Positions 1 through 10,405 of a stretch of DNA of 64,000 nt are shown in pieces (the first letter of the stretch is position 1; each line of letters begins with the position of its first letter). The stretch spans positions 191,054-255,053 of the forward strand of contig CAVVNJ010000008.1 in NCBI GenBank assembly GCA_963749595.1, read 5' to 3'. The position numbers were made by a program, and so were the translations under genes. Under the pieces are notes generated by a model. That model saw only the letters and a program-made list of their open reading frames with translations, had not been told where the DNA came from and did no database searches. The stretch comes from Candidatus Woesebacteria bacterium. GTDB lineage: Bacteria; Patescibacteriota; Microgenomatia; UBA1400; UBA1396.

Positions 1-2
1 TG

Positions 3-1616
3 GCGCGACAACTGCAACCGAATAAATTCTCGGACATTACCGCTATGGTGGCCTTGTACCGGCCGGGGCCAATGGACCTGATTCCCGGCTTTATTGAAGC
101 CAAGCACCATCCGGAAAAAATCGAGTATCCCCACGCTGATCTTAAATCGGTTTTTGAGGAAACATACGGTTACATGGTTTACCAGGAGCAGGCTCTGGCC
201 GTGGCCAACATTTTAGCTGGCTATTCATTGGGTGAAGCGGATATTTTGCGCAAAGCGATTGGTAAGAAGAAGATCTCGATCATGCAGGAACAACACTCCG
301 AATTTGTCCGCCGGGCGGTGGAAAAAGGATATACCAAGAAGGTGGCCGAACAGGTTTGGAGCTATATTGAAAAATTTGCCGGCTATGGGTTTAACAAAGC
401 TCACGCTGCCAGTTACGCCATGGTGGCTTACCGTACGGCCTACATGAAGGTTAAGTACCCCGTCGAGTACATGTGTGCCTTGGCCTCGGTTGAGTCGTTG
501 TCCCACAGCCAGAAGCGGGAAGAAAAAGTGATGCAGGCGGTTGATGAATGCCGATCCATGAAGATTTTGATCTTGCCGCCGGATATTAATCAGTCCGATG
601 TTGGCTTTTCACTGGAGGAGAACAAGAGCTCGCTAAATAATTTAGCGATTCGTTTCGGACTCGGGGCGATTAAAAATGTCGGGACCGCCGCCATTGAGTC
701 CATTCTTTCGGTCCGGGTGGATGGTCCATTTGCTTCCTTTACCGATTTTCTACAACGCGTTGATGCTCGCAAAGTGAACAAAAAAGTGGTGGAAAGTTTG
801 GCTCGGGTCGGGGCGTTCGATCGCTTTAGCACTCGTTCCAGTATTTTGGAAAATCTTGAGCAAATTCGGGCCCAGGCTGCCCAGTTTCAGAGTGAAGTGG
901 AAGGGCAGGATTCCTTATTCGGTGGTGGTGGCTCGAAAACTGTGACCGAGGTTAAGGATACTTTTCCGCAGTTGGCAGAGTATCCCCAAGCCGAGTTGCT
1001 TTCTTACGAAAAAGAGCTGTTAGGTTTTTACTTGACTGACCACCCAATGTCGCGGGTTCTCAAGGAAATATCCAAACAAGCCGACCGGAAAATTTCCGAT
1101 CTGGATCCGGATATCCATAAAGATCAAACCTTTGTGTTGGGCGGGATACTAGCGGGTGTCAAACAGGTCCGGACCAAGCGAACCGGTGACAAAATGGCTT
1201 TTGGCACGCTGGAAGACCAGTCTGGCTCGATTCGGGTCGTTTGTTTCCCAAAAACTTACGTGTTGGGGGAAAAATATTTTCAGGACGACATGGCGGTTTT
1301 AGTCCGTGGCAAACTGGATACCCGTGACGATGAGCCGCAAATTGTCGCGGAAAAAGTTTGGTCTCCAGTGGTAAACGTTGATGGGGTGGAAGAAGAGATT
1401 AGCACCGTTGCCGCCGAAGAAATTACCATTCCGCGCGGCATTGATCCGGAGGTGTTAAAAAAACTCGGCGCTCTTCTGAAGCGCAGTCCAGGAAAAACAC
1501 CAATTCAATTACTGATTCCCTCGGCCAACAATGACCATGTGACGAAATTGAAACTGCCTTACACCGTCGAGTGGAGCAATCAACTAGCCAAATATGTCGA
1601 CGAACTCTTGGGTTAG
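3..1616 (+). CDS. dnaE: DNA polymerase III alpha subunit, C-terminal part (5' end lies outside the window)
   Basis: The frame is open from nt 3. It contains ALYRPGPMD, GYGFNKAHAASYA and a C-terminal OB-fold-like region, all typical of DnaE. Confidence 0.9.
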   Translation, partial: ARQLQPNKFSDITAMVALYRPGPMDLIPGFIEAKHHPEKIEYPHADLKSVFEETYGYMVYQEQALAVANILAGYSLGEADILRKAIGKKKISIMQEQHSEFVRRAVEKGYTKKVAEQVWSYIEKFAGYGFNKAHAASYAMVAYRTAYMKVKYPVEYMCALASVESLSHSQKREEKVMQAVDECRSMKILILPPDINQSDVGFSLEENKSSLNNLAIRFGLGAIKNVGTAAIESILSVRVDGPFASFTDFLQRVDARKVNKKVVESLARVGAFDRFSTRSSILENLEQIRAQAAQFQSEVEGQDSLFGGGGSKTVTEVKDTFPQLAEYPQAELLSYEKELLGFYLTDHPMSRVLKEISKQADRKISDLDPDIHKDQTFVLGGILAGVKQVRTKRTGDKMAFGTLEDQSGSIRVVCFPKTYVLGEKYFQDDMAVLVRGKLDTRDDEPQIVAEKVWSPVVNVDGVEEEISTVAAEEITIPRGIDPEVLKKLGALLKRSPGKTPIQLLIPSANNDHVTKLKLPYTVEWSNQLAKYVDELLG

Positions 1617-1696
1617 CTCTATTGTCAGGAGTGCGAAGTTGTGATAGAAACTAAGTACGCTTGTTATAATACCGAATAGATGACGAAGGAGGGAAA

Positions 1697-2047
1697 ATGG
1701 ATAGTTTAACGGCCGCGATTTCTGAATTTTTCCAATTTTGTATTTACGAATTATTCAAGCGTCCATACAACTGGCCATGCCCACAGAACATCAGATTTGA
1801 GGCGGATCTGGACAAGGATAGCAAGACCATAATTTATAGTGCTCCTGATTACCCAGGCCTATATACTGTTTTTGTCCAGGGAATAAGTAATGAGCAACTG
1901 ACCGAGATGGTAAATGACGCCATCTTTACATACTTTGGTGTTCCTCGTTACATCGCTAAAAGATCGCCTGACGTATTCCAGTCCATTGGTCGAGGTTCAG
2001 GAAAAACTTCCTCGCTCGTTTTGCCCCAAAGGTTTGCGAGGGTGTAG
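1697..2047 (+). CDS. HicB-like antitoxin candidate (small hypothetical protein)
   Basis: Strong GGAGG Shine-Dalgarno 8 nt upstream. The segment YSAPDYPGLYTVFVQGISNEQLTEMVNDAI resembles the HicB N-terminal fold. It sits directly upstream of a HicA-like ORF. Confidence 0.4.
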   Translation: MDSLTAAISEFFQFCIYELFKRPYNWPCPQNIRFEADLDKDSKTIIYSAPDYPGLYTVFVQGISNEQLTEMVNDAIFTYFGVPRYIAKRSPDVFQSIGRGSGKTSSLVLPQRFARV

Positions 2048-2052
2048 CCGAA

Positions 2053-2306
2053 GTGGGTAAGCTTCCCGCAAACGATCAGAGATTATTGATGTTCTTAGGT
2101 GTCTTGGCTTTGTTCTTGATGAAACATCAGGTCGGGGAGGTCATTACAAATTTGTTCATCCAGTTAGAAAACCGATCGTCTCAAACCAACGACCTTTTAT
2201 CATGGTCCCCCGGCACGATTTCGAGCACGGCAGATTGCACCAAATTATCGGGCAAGAGTTAACAGCATTTGGTTTCACAAAAGAAGAAGTAAATAACTGT
2301 TGTTAG
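2053..2306 (+). pseudogene. hicA: HicA-family mRNA interferase-like gene, frame interrupted (GTG 2053 frame joins the 2061-2306 frame only if one A is added to the A-run 2070-2072)
   Basis: My translation of 2061-2306 gives SEIIDVLRCLGFVLDETSGRGGHYKFVHP...MVPRHDFEHGRLHQIIGQ, which matches the HicA pattern (GSHH..hP, vP.H, G.l..I..q). That frame has no ATG/GTG/TTG start. The upstream GTG frame encodes MGKLPA. Confidence 0.55.
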
Positions 2307-2308
2307 GC

Positions 2309-3646
2309 TCATTGGTATAGTTCCCGGCACCCGCCCTCCAACCAAATGACATCGAGCGGCCATCGCTCCGAGCCGATGATCTCCAGCGCTTCACTCAAGG
2401 AATCAGCCTCGCCATAACGGAAAGTCGAATGGGTTTGGGCATAATGGGCTAACTCGTGGCGTAGTGGTTGGTTAAAACGGGACCGCAGGATAATTGTTCC
2501 TGAGGCGATTGTTTTGAGGTCCTCGGTCAATTTCCCATGTTCGATCTTGGTTGTTTCGGAATCGAGTTCAACAAAACCGGCGGTAATAATCACCACTTTT
2601 CCAAGGGAAAGTGAAGTTATTAGCTTCTTCATTTCCTGCCAGGACCCCGGATTGGTGTTGTAACTATTGTCGATGACAACTGTTCCATTTGGATTGCGAT
2701 GGACTTCTAACCGACGTGGCACCGGGGGACAGTAGTGGAAAGCAGCGGCAACTTTTTCGAGTGACTGGTCTAAATTCAAGATTGCTACTCCGGGCAAATG
2801 ATTAACCAACTGATGCTGGCCTAGTAACGGCGCCGTGACTTCGGCAGAAAATCCGGGAGCGATGAGGCGGCCTCTGGTTGTTAAATCATCGATTTCCGCT
2901 TGCTCGATGCGGAATGATGATTCGGTTTGGGTGCCGTACCAGATAATTTCAGCCTCGGCCGAAAATTTATCGCGGTTGCGGTCATCGACGATAAACAGAA
3001 CGGGACTGGTGGTAGTCGACAATTCTTTGAAAGCGGCCGTTAGTCTTTTTTCCGAGCCAAAGTGCTCACTATGGGCAAAACCGATCGGTGTCACGACCAC
3101 AATATCTGGCTGGACCAAACTCATCAGGTGTTGGAGATCGCCGGGCTTCTGTTCACCAAACTCGACCAGGAAAACGGAATGTTTATTGTTGAGCCGACTC
3201 ACGATTGCTGCGATGCCCAGCGGGGTATTCACACTCTCCGGCGTCATCAGAGTAAAGTGGCGAGAACTCAATACGTGATGAAGGGCATGTTTAACCGAGG
3301 TTTTACCGTAGCTGCCGGCAACGGCGATTACGGTTAAGCCCTCTGACTGCCGTTGTCGCAATCGGCGCGCCGCGCGGAAAAGCAACCAACCGGCGGCTAG
3401 TGTTTGGGGAAAAGAAACCAGGAGAGAGCTAATGCTGACCGCGCGCGGCGCGCCGAAAAATAATTGCAACCAGCTACCCAAAGACCGGATCAGGCGCAAT
3501 TTTGGCGTCCAACGTTCCGGTTGAACGGAGTTTAGCTGTTCAAGTCCGGTCTTCGGTCGATCAGCCTGAACCCAGCGCCAAAAAGTTGAGCGGTCATACT
3601 CGGCTTGTTGCAGGATAGCCAGCAAGGTGGTGAGGCGATAGTTCAT
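2309..3646 (-). CDS. murF: Mur ligase family protein, MurF-like (UDP-MurNAc-tripeptide--D-Ala-D-Ala ligase)
   Basis: P-loop VAGSYGKTSVK and the DNSYNTNP motif, in a three-domain Mur ligase layout. Confidence 0.7.
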   Translation of the reverse strand: MNYRLTTLLAILQQAEYDRSTFWRWVQADRPKTGLEQLNSVQPERWTPKLRLIRSLGSWLQLFFGAPRAVSISSLLVSFPQTLAAGWLLFRAARRLRQRQSEGLTVIAVAGSYGKTSVKHALHHVLSSRHFTLMTPESVNTPLGIAAIVSRLNNKHSVFLVEFGEQKPGDLQHLMSLVQPDIVVVTPIGFAHSEHFGSEKRLTAAFKELSTTTSPVLFIVDDRNRDKFSAEAEIIWYGTQTESSFRIEQAEIDDLTTRGRLIAPGFSAEVTAPLLGQHQLVNHLPGVAILNLDQSLEKVAAAFHYCPPVPRRLEVHRNPNGTVVIDNSYNTNPGSWQEMKKLITSLSLGKVVIITAGFVELDSETTKIEHGKLTEDLKTIASGTIILRSRFNQPLRHELAHYAQTHSTFRYGEADSLSEALEIIGSERWPLDVIWLEGGCRELYQ

Positions 3647-4410
3647 AGACCGTAGGCCTCCAGCCAGTGCAAAATCAACTCGGTTTTCTCCTGATGGGGG
3701 AAGTGACCGGTTTGCGGCACCACGAAAACCTCGGATTCAGCGGATATTTTGGCAAACTCATAAGCCATCCATAATGGGGTGGCCGGGTCATACTCGCCCC
3801 AGGCCAAGTGGAGTGGCCAATCTTTTTCAATGGCGTGGTCGCGGATATCCTCCCGCAAAATTAAATTCAGGGTCTCCTCCTGGAATTTGGTGGCCGAAAA
3901 ATAATCGGTTTCTTGCAATACTTTGGTATATACCCGACGTCGAAAGTTGGCGAGCGGTCCGCGCTTGAGCTTTCTGGGAATCGACTGGGCCAGTGAGCGG
4001 ATTAGTTGTCGGGGAATGGATAGTCCATTGGTAATTCCCGAAGGATCAATCAAGAAAAATCCCTTTTCGACCGGGGGGAGAGAGGAATTTTCTGCCCACC
4101 AACCAAAGGCGGCCAGTTTGCCGCCAAACGAATGCCCGAGCACTCCAGCTAATCGCTCAATTTTTTGAGTGCGAAGAAACTCGGCTAGCCATTCACTATA
4201 CTCGGCCATATTCCAGCCATGTTCCGGCGATTGGGATTGACCGAAGCCGGGAAGATCAGGGATCAATAAGCGGTGCCGGCGACTCAGTTCGGGAATTAAC
4301 GGCGCCCAAGCTTCCCAGGAGTTGCCCCAACCGGGCAACAACAATAAAGCACTCGGTTGACGCCCGATCGCTTGATAAAAAGTGTCCACCCCTTGTACGA
4401 TGACATGCAT
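3643..4410 (-). CDS. alpha/beta hydrolase
   Basis: Nucleophile elbow GHSFGG and a C-terminal GHFPH. I prefer the internal ATG at 4410 (MHVIVQG) because the longer ORF overlaps the divergent neighbour. There is a 4-nt overlap with murF. Confidence 0.7.
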   Translation of the reverse strand: MHVIVQGVDTFYQAIGRQPSALLLLPGWGNSWEAWAPLIPELSRRHRLLIPDLPGFGQSQSPEHGWNMAEYSEWLAEFLRTQKIERLAGVLGHSFGGKLAAFGWWAENSSLPPVEKGFFLIDPSGITNGLSIPRQLIRSLAQSIPRKLKRGPLANFRRRVYTKVLQETDYFSATKFQEETLNLILREDIRDHAIEKDWPLHLAWGEYDPATPLWMAYEFAKISAESEVFVVPQTGHFPHQEKTELILHWLEAYGL

Positions 4411-4455
4411 AAGCCTTAAGTCTATAGTATACGTTGAGTATTCAAATCGAGCACT

Positions 4456-5523
4456 ATGCCTACTGAGCCACAATCAGATCCTAATCTTTTTCGGCGTTTC
4501 CTATCCGGATTGACCCGTATTTTTCGGCGGCGTTGGAAGTTAATACTTTTTCTATTAGTCGTAATTAGTCTGATTGTTTTTTGGCGTTTTCGCCAACAAC
4601 AAAAAAACCGGCCCAAATTGGTGTTTGAGAAGCCAAAAATTGAGAATTTGACCAAAACCCTGGAAGTTTCCGGTGTGGTTGATGCCAAGGAAAAAGCCAG
4701 TTTGCGCTTTATTGCCGGTGGCAAAGTAGTTTATATCGGTGCCAAGGAGGGTGAGTTTGTTAAAAAATGGCAAACCATCGCCACGATTGATCGGGCAACG
4801 TTGCAGAAACAGTTGCAGCAAGATTTGAATGATTATTTAACCGAGCGTTGGGATTGGGAGCAACGCTTGGATGATTCCAAAGACCGCACTCTGCCCAAGA
4901 GCGAGTCGCGTGATAAAGATCAGGATCAATGGACCCTGAACAACTCGGTGCTTGATGTTGAAATCCGCGATATTGCCATCAAGAACACCGCCCTTTACGC
5001 GCCAATGGACGGACTACTGACCCATGCGCCGACGATGGTGCCCGGGGTGCAGCTGTTGGCGACCGATACTTTTGAGATTGTCGATCCGAAAACGTTGGTT
5101 TTCCGGGCAGCGGTGGATGAGGCGGATATCAGTTTGGTCAAAGCTAGCCAGTCGGCCACGATTTCCCTGGATTCATTTCCGGATCAGGATTTTGCCAGCC
5201 GGGTCAGCTATATTGCTTATACCAGCGCCCAAAGCACGACCGGCACCGTATTCGTGGTTGAGTTTCCGTTATCCGATCCTCAACTGCAGTCCTTCAAACT
5301 TGGTATGAACGGCGACGTTTCGATCACGATTGACACGCGGGAAAATGTCCTGACAATTCCTCAGATCGCCATCAAACAACGCAACAGCTCGACTTTCGTT
5401 GATGTTAAAACCGGGGAGAACGCTGCGGCCGAAAGGGAAATCGTCACCGGACTGGAATCGGAAGAAAAGATTGAGGTTATCTCTGGTTTGAGCGAAAACG
5501 ACGAAATCGTTGTCCCCGAGTAA
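4456..5523 (+). CDS. efflux periplasmic adaptor (HlyD/MacA-like membrane fusion protein)
   Basis: N-terminal TM segment plus coiled-coil and beta-barrel-like segments. It sits directly upstream of a MacB-type ATPase and permease. Confidence 0.7.
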   Translation: MPTEPQSDPNLFRRFLSGLTRIFRRRWKLILFLLVVISLIVFWRFRQQQKNRPKLVFEKPKIENLTKTLEVSGVVDAKEKASLRFIAGGKVVYIGAKEGEFVKKWQTIATIDRATLQKQLQQDLNDYLTERWDWEQRLDDSKDRTLPKSESRDKDQDQWTLNNSVLDVEIRDIAIKNTALYAPMDGLLTHAPTMVPGVQLLATDTFEIVDPKTLVFRAAVDEADISLVKASQSATISLDSFPDQDFASRVSYIAYTSAQSTTGTVFVVEFPLSDPQLQSFKLGMNGDVSITIDTRENVLTIPQIAIKQRNSSTFVDVKTGENAAAEREIVTGLESEEKIEVISGLSENDEIVVPE

Positions 5524-5525
5524 AC

Positions 5526-6257
5526 ATGTTGCTGCAACTCAACACGGTCTCTAAACACTACGAGTTGGGAGAAACGACGATCAGGGCGTTGGACCAGATC
5601 AGTTTGTCGGTTGACGCGGGCGAATATTTGGCTGTGATGGGTCCGTCCGGTTCAGGTAAATCAACTTTCCTGCAAGTGGCCAGCATGCTGGCCCAACCTA
5701 CCTCCGGCGCGATACTGCTCAAGGATAAAAATGTCACCGAATACAACGAAATCGAGCGTGCCAGGCTGAGAAACCGCGAGATCGGGTTTATCTTTCAGCA
5801 GTTCAATTTGCTGCCCCGCACCTCTGCCCTGGATAATGTTGCCTTACCCCTGGTTTACGCTGGCGTTCCAAGTAAGGAGCGGCAGCGACGAGCTTTGGCG
5901 ATATTAGAAAAGGTTGGTTTGAGTGACCGGATCCACAACCAACCCTCTCAACTTTCCGGCGGCCAGCAGCAGCGGGTAGCGATTGCCCGGGCGCTAATCA
6001 ACGACCCCTCGATAATTTTTGCCGACGAACCAACTGGTAACCTGGATTCCAAAAGCGGTGAGGAAATCGTCAAGCTGCTAAGTGATCTGCACCATGAGGG
6101 CAAGACCATTATTTTGGTGACTCATGAATTGGAAACGGCGGAGGAAGCGCACCGGTTGGTGTTGTTTAAAGATGGCCGCATCGTCAAAGATTTTAAACCG
6201 AAAAACGAGGCGGAGTTACGCCGCGCCGTGGCCAACCAAGGGAAAAGAAAACAATGA
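5526..6257 (+). CDS. ABC transporter ATP-binding protein (MacB/LolD type)
   Basis: Walker [10 protein letters not shown], signature [15 protein letters not shown], Walker B IIFADEPT. Confidence 0.9.
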   Translation: MLLQLNTVSKHYELGETTIRALDQISLSVDAGEYLAVMGPSGSGKSTFLQVASMLAQPTSGAILLKDKNVTEYNEIERARLRNREIGFIFQQFNLLPRTSALDNVALPLVYAGVPSKERQRRALAILEKVGLSDRIHNQPSQLSGGQQQRVAIARALINDPSIIFADEPTGNLDSKSGEEIVKLLSDLHHEGKTIILVTHELETAEEAHRLVLFKDGRIVKDFKPKNEAELRRAVANQGKRKQ

Positions 6258-7462
6258 AAGATACGATCTTAATTGCGCTGAAGGCGATCTTGGTCAACAA
6301 AACCCGGTCGTTTCTAACCATGCTGGGCGTGATCATTGGTGTTGGGTCGGTGGTGTTGTTAACCAGCATTGGTACCGGATTGCAGGCCTTTGTCACAGCG
6401 CAGTTTGCCAGCTTGGGAACCAATACTGTTTACATTGTGCCGGGAAACCCCTTTGGTGAGGGCGGGTCATCCTTTGGGGGTCCGGAAACGGTATTAGAGA
6501 GTCTTCGCCCAACACTAAAGACCAATTTTCTCAACTCCGTCCTGCGCGAAAATCGGGACGTAATTCGGGACGGCGCAATCGCGGCAACCAACTTTGCGGT
6601 CGGCAAATATCGCGACACGACTAAGAAAGTGACTCTGCTGGGGGTAACCAGTAATTATGGCAATATTCTTAACGCGGCAGTGGTGAAAGGAGAGTGGTTT
6701 TCGTCCTCGGACGACGATCGGAAAGAAAGAGTGGCCGTGCTAGGGCACAAAGTAGCGGAAGAATTATTCGGAGAGATAGATCCGGTCAACAAAAAATTCA
6801 AGCTGGACGCTCAGACTTACGTGGTAACCGGGGTACTGGAAGAAAAGGGCGGTCTTGGGGGTCAGGGCGCCGATAATTATGTATTTTTGCCGTTGCAGAC
6901 CATGTTTGATCACGTCAACTCTGAGCTAATTGATCATTTTTTATTGGAGGCCAGAAACAAAGATCTGGTGGATGAGGCAAAAGTGGGTGCGGAAAAAACC
7001 ATGCTCAAGCACCTCAAGGAGGACGAGTTCACCGTGGTTGACCAGGCGCAAGTGCTGAGTACAATCAATCAGATTTTGGGCGTTTTGACGCTGGGGCTAG
7101 GTGGCATAGCGGCCATTTCTCTGGTCGTGGGCGGTATCGGCATCATGAACATCATGCTGGTTTCGGTCACCGAACGGACGCGGGAGATCGGTCTGCGCAA
7201 GGCTTTGGGCGCCACGCCCAACCTAATCTTGCTGCAGTTTCTGATCGAGGCGGCCTTGCTGTCGGTCTTAGGCGGGCTGATTGGGCTAGCGATCGCTTTT
7301 GGTGGGTCATTAGTCATTCAGCAGTATTTTCCGGCGAAAGTTACGATCGAGGCCGTGATCCTCGCTTTTGGCGTTTCGACGGTGGTCGGTTTAGTCTTTG
7401 GTGCTGCCCCGGCAAAACGGGCGGCCGATCTTTCGCCGATCGAGGCGCTGCGCTACGAGTAG
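6254..7462 (+). CDS. ABC transporter permease (MacB/FtsX-like)
   Basis: N-terminal TM segment, a large periplasmic domain and a C-terminal FtsX-type 3-TM bundle (TERTREIGLRKALGA). There is a 4-nt overlap with the ATPase gene. Confidence 0.85.
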   Translation: MKDTILIALKAILVNKTRSFLTMLGVIIGVGSVVLLTSIGTGLQAFVTAQFASLGTNTVYIVPGNPFGEGGSSFGGPETVLESLRPTLKTNFLNSVLRENRDVIRDGAIAATNFAVGKYRDTTKKVTLLGVTSNYGNILNAAVVKGEWFSSSDDDRKERVAVLGHKVAEELFGEIDPVNKKFKLDAQTYVVTGVLEEKGGLGGQGADNYVFLPLQTMFDHVNSELIDHFLLEARNKDLVDEAKVGAEKTMLKHLKEDEFTVVDQAQVLSTINQILGVLTLGLGGIAAISLVVGGIGIMNIMLVSVTERTREIGLRKALGATPNLILLQFLIEAALLSVLGGLIGLAIAFGGSLVIQQYFPAKVTIEAVILAFGVSTVVGLVFGAAPAKRAADLSPIEALRYE

Positions 7463-7476
7463 GCTATACTGAATGG

Positions 7477-7920
7477 GTGTGGCGCGCTAAATTACTTCTC
7501 CTTCTGTTGATTGTGGGCGGCGGCGGTTTGCTGTGGTGGATAAAATTTTCCCCCTACCAGCCGACGATTTCTCTGGCTCAGTATCTGCCGTCATCGACCG
7601 AAAACCTTGCGCAAACCGCCGCTGACGCCGATCGGGTCGCTGCCCAGTACATTCGCCAACTGGCGGACGGACAAGTGTCATTACCAGATCTTTTTCCCTT
7701 GGATCTGGATTCAATCGGTCAAGCCACCCTATCAGCTGAGGTAGCGGTGACTCCTGAGGAGCTTTGGCGCCAGTTTCGCGAGCGCGGCAGCCGGGCGGTG
7801 CTGGACTCGGTAGCGGAGAATGTCGAGTGGAAAGTGAATGATGTTTCGGCTGCCACCGTCAACGAAGCCCGCTATCAATACTGCAAAGGGGTGGTTGAAA
7901 CCTTTGAAAAAAATCGATAA
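7477..7920 (+). CDS. hypothetical membrane-anchored protein
   Basis: Single N-terminal hydrophobic segment (LLLLLLIVGGGGLLWW). No recognisable domain. Confidence 0.4.
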   Translation: MWRAKLLLLLLIVGGGGLLWWIKFSPYQPTISLAQYLPSSTENLAQTAADADRVAAQYIRQLADGQVSLPDLFPLDLDSIGQATLSAEVAVTPEELWRQFRERGSRAVLDSVAENVEWKVNDVSAATVNEARYQYCKGVVETFEKNR

Positions 7921-7953
7921 ATCCAGTAAAGACCGAGTGCTATACTACCCGTT

Positions 7954-9054
7954 ATGATTCTGAACAAGGCCCTCAATGATCGTTGGGAACAGACTCGCGC
8001 CAAGGCCGATAGTCTCCGCGAATCAATTTCTCGTCAGGCGAAACAGCACGAGCTGGAAACCCTTCAGCAGCAGACTTTGGTGCCGGATTTTTGGCAGGAC
8101 CAATCCAAAGCGGCGGTCATTAACCAGCAAATTGCCGCCGCCCAAGCGGAGTTGGATCTGTTAGCTGAGCAGGAAAGTTTGTTGGCTGATATTGCGGCGA
8201 CGATCGAGCTGTTGGAAGAACAGCCGGATGAATCACTCTCGCACGATCTTGAAAGGCAGATTGGCCGGTTGGAAAAAGTAAATAAGTTGATCGAGTTGCG
8301 TACTTATCTGAGTGGCCCTTATGATGCCTCTGAAGCCCAGTTGGCTATTCACTCCGGTCAGGGTGGCACGGAAGCGATGGATTGGGCTAGCCTGGTTCAA
8401 CGCATGTACGAGCGTTTTTTTGAACGCAAGGGGTGGAAGTACGAGCTGATTGAAGAAAGCCGCGGCGAGGAGGCTGGTATCAAATCTGCCAGTTACCTGG
8501 TGCACGCGCCTTATGCTTATGGCTATCTGAAAGGTGAGCAGGGCACGCACCGTCTAGTTCGTCAGAGTCCGTTTAACGCCGACGCTTTGCGACAGACTTC
8601 TTTTGCCGGAGTGGAGGTGGCACCGCTTTTACCGGAGGAAGACGAGTCGGTGGCGCTTAATCCCAATGAACTCGATTGGCAATTTACCCGGGCCGGTGGC
8701 GCGGGTGGGCAAAACGTCAATAAAGTTAACACCGCTGTTCGTCTAACTCATCTTCCCACCGGAATCGTGATCGAAACCCGCCAGGAACGGAGTCAAGAGC
8801 AAAACAAGAAATTGGCCATGCAGTTACTAAAGGGCAAGCTAGCCGAACAGCATGAGTTGGCACGGAAGAATGAACTGGCGGCGGTCAAAGGCGAGCACCG
8901 CCAGGCATCGTGGGGCAATCAGATTCGCAACTACGTTCTACATCCTTATCATCTAGTCAAAGATACTCGGACCGAAGTGGAAACTTCGGACACGGCCGGC
9001 GTGCTGGATGGCGATTTGGACGAGTTTATCTTTGCCGAAGTTGCTCTTTTGTAA
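7954..9054 (+). CDS. prfB: peptide chain release factor 2
   Basis: RF2-specific SPF tripeptide (SPFNADALRQTSF) and the GGQ motif (GGAGGQNVNKV). The ORF is single and uninterrupted. Confidence 0.9.
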   Translation: MILNKALNDRWEQTRAKADSLRESISRQAKQHELETLQQQTLVPDFWQDQSKAAVINQQIAAAQAELDLLAEQESLLADIAATIELLEEQPDESLSHDLERQIGRLEKVNKLIELRTYLSGPYDASEAQLAIHSGQGGTEAMDWASLVQRMYERFFERKGWKYELIEESRGEEAGIKSASYLVHAPYAYGYLKGEQGTHRLVRQSPFNADALRQTSFAGVEVAPLLPEEDESVALNPNELDWQFTRAGGAGGQNVNKVNTAVRLTHLPTGIVIETRQERSQEQNKKLAMQLLKGKLAEQHELARKNELAAVKGEHRQASWGNQIRNYVLHPYHLVKDTRTEVETSDTAGVLDGDLDEFIFAEVALL

Positions 9055-9081
9055 GCGAATCAAGGCTGGTATAGTGGTGTA

Positions 9082-9666
9082 ATGTCATTCGATCGTGTCA
9101 AGCTATCTGACGTGCCTGATAAAGTGGCCGAGTCGACGGAAACATTCAAGACTCGGGCGATGGAAGCGGTTGAGAAATTACCCAATCCGCCCCTAGTTGA
9201 GGAGAAGGTTATGCTTGAGAAAGTGTCAAAAAAGGTCGTTGTTGGCGTAATGCTCGCGGTGATAGCGGCCGGTTTGGGGACTAGCCTGGTCTTGGCCCGT
9301 TTTATTGCCCCGCCTGCCGCGGCTCCGGTTGAACAAGCGGCCACACCGGAAGAAGTCGAAAACAAGATCGAGGTAGGCGTAGTGTTTGGCGTCCCGGATC
9401 AAGAAACTTTCCGCGATGACGTGGAAGGGGACTTGATTAAAGGCGGTCTGGACGGCGAGGGTTCGCATACCTTACTTCGCGCTGGCGGCAAATCTCAGAA
9501 TGTTTACCTAACTTCTACCGTGGTGGATCTGGACCAGTTTGAGGGGATGAAAGTCCACGTTTGGGGCGAAACGTTCAAAGCCCAGAAGGCCGGCTGGTTA
9601 ATGGATGTTGGCCGTTTGGAAGTTCTTGAGCTGAGCGCTGAAAAGCCATCCTGGTATAAGGAATAA
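9082..9666 (+). CDS. hypothetical single-pass membrane protein
   Basis: Central TM segment VVVGVMLAVIAAGLGTSLVLA. No known motif. Confidence 0.45.
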   Translation: MSFDRVKLSDVPDKVAESTETFKTRAMEAVEKLPNPPLVEEKVMLEKVSKKVVVGVMLAVIAAGLGTSLVLARFIAPPAAAPVEQAATPEEVENKIEVGVVFGVPDQETFRDDVEGDLIKGGLDGEGSHTLLRAGGKSQNVYLTSTVVDLDQFEGMKVHVWGETFKAQKAGWLMDVGRLEVLELSAEKPSWYKE

Positions 9667-9670
9667 CCCT

Positions 9671-10405
9671 ATGGCGGCGGTTGAATTCGTTGGGATAAGC
9701 AAAGTTTTTGCCAACGGGTTTATTGGTTTGAAAAATGTAAACTTGGCCATTGAGCCAAAAACTTTAACTTATCTGGTTGGCGAGTCGGGTGCCGGTAAAA
9801 CTACCCTCATGCGTTTACTAATCCGTGAAATGAAACCGAGCGAAGGTGACGTTTTGGTTAACGGTGAATCAATCCTAGCTTTGCCGGAGAAAGCGATTCC
9901 TCAGCTCCGGCGGCGGGTGGCGGTGGTTTTTCAGGACTACAAGCTGATTGCCGATCGGACAGTGGCCGAAAATGTGGCCTTAGCCTTGGAAATTACCGGG
10001 ACCAAATCTGCGACCATTAAAACCAAAGTGAAAGAGGTGTTGGAATTGGTTGGCCTGGCCGATCGGTCAGAAATGTTTCCCAATCAACTTTCCGGCGGCG
10101 AGCTGCAACGGGTCGCGATTGCTCGTTCGCTCGTGATGTCGCCAGAGGTACTTTTTGCCGATGAGCCAACCGGTAATCTGGATCCGCAAACCTCTTTGGT
10201 GATTGGTGGTATTCTTAAAAAAATTGCCGAATTAGGAACCACGGTGATCGTGGCCACCCATGATCAAACTCTCTTAGCCGCTTTTCCTAGCGAGGAGGTT
10301 CATCTCCATCGGGGTCAAATTCTTACTGAGCCTCATTCCGAACCGCCGGAATCAACCGCTAAAAAGGAGAAGAAATATTCCCTTCGTAAGAAGGAGGAAG
10401 AGTGA
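9671..10405 (+). CDS. ftsE: cell division ATP-binding protein FtsE
   Basis: Walker [10 protein letters not shown] and signature [15 protein letters not shown]. It is followed by ftsX with a 4-nt overlap. Confidence 0.85.
   Translation: MAAVEFVGISKVFANGFIGLKNVNLAIEPKTLTYLVGESGAGKTTLMRLLIREMKPSEGDVLVNGESILALPEKAIPQLRRRVAVVFQDYKLIADRTVAENVALALEITGTKSATIKTKVKEVLELVGLADRSEMFPNQLSGGELQRVAIARSLVMSPEVLFADEPTGNLDPQTSLVIGGILKKIAELGTTVIVATHDQTLLAAFPSEEVHLHRGQILTEPHSEPPESTAKKEKKYSLRKKEEE

Noticed and set aside
7954-9054. prfB is a single uninterrupted ORF without the programmed +1 frameshift site.
   Set aside because: A sizeable minority of bacteria lack the prfB frameshift. It is useful only as evidence that TGA is a stop codon here.
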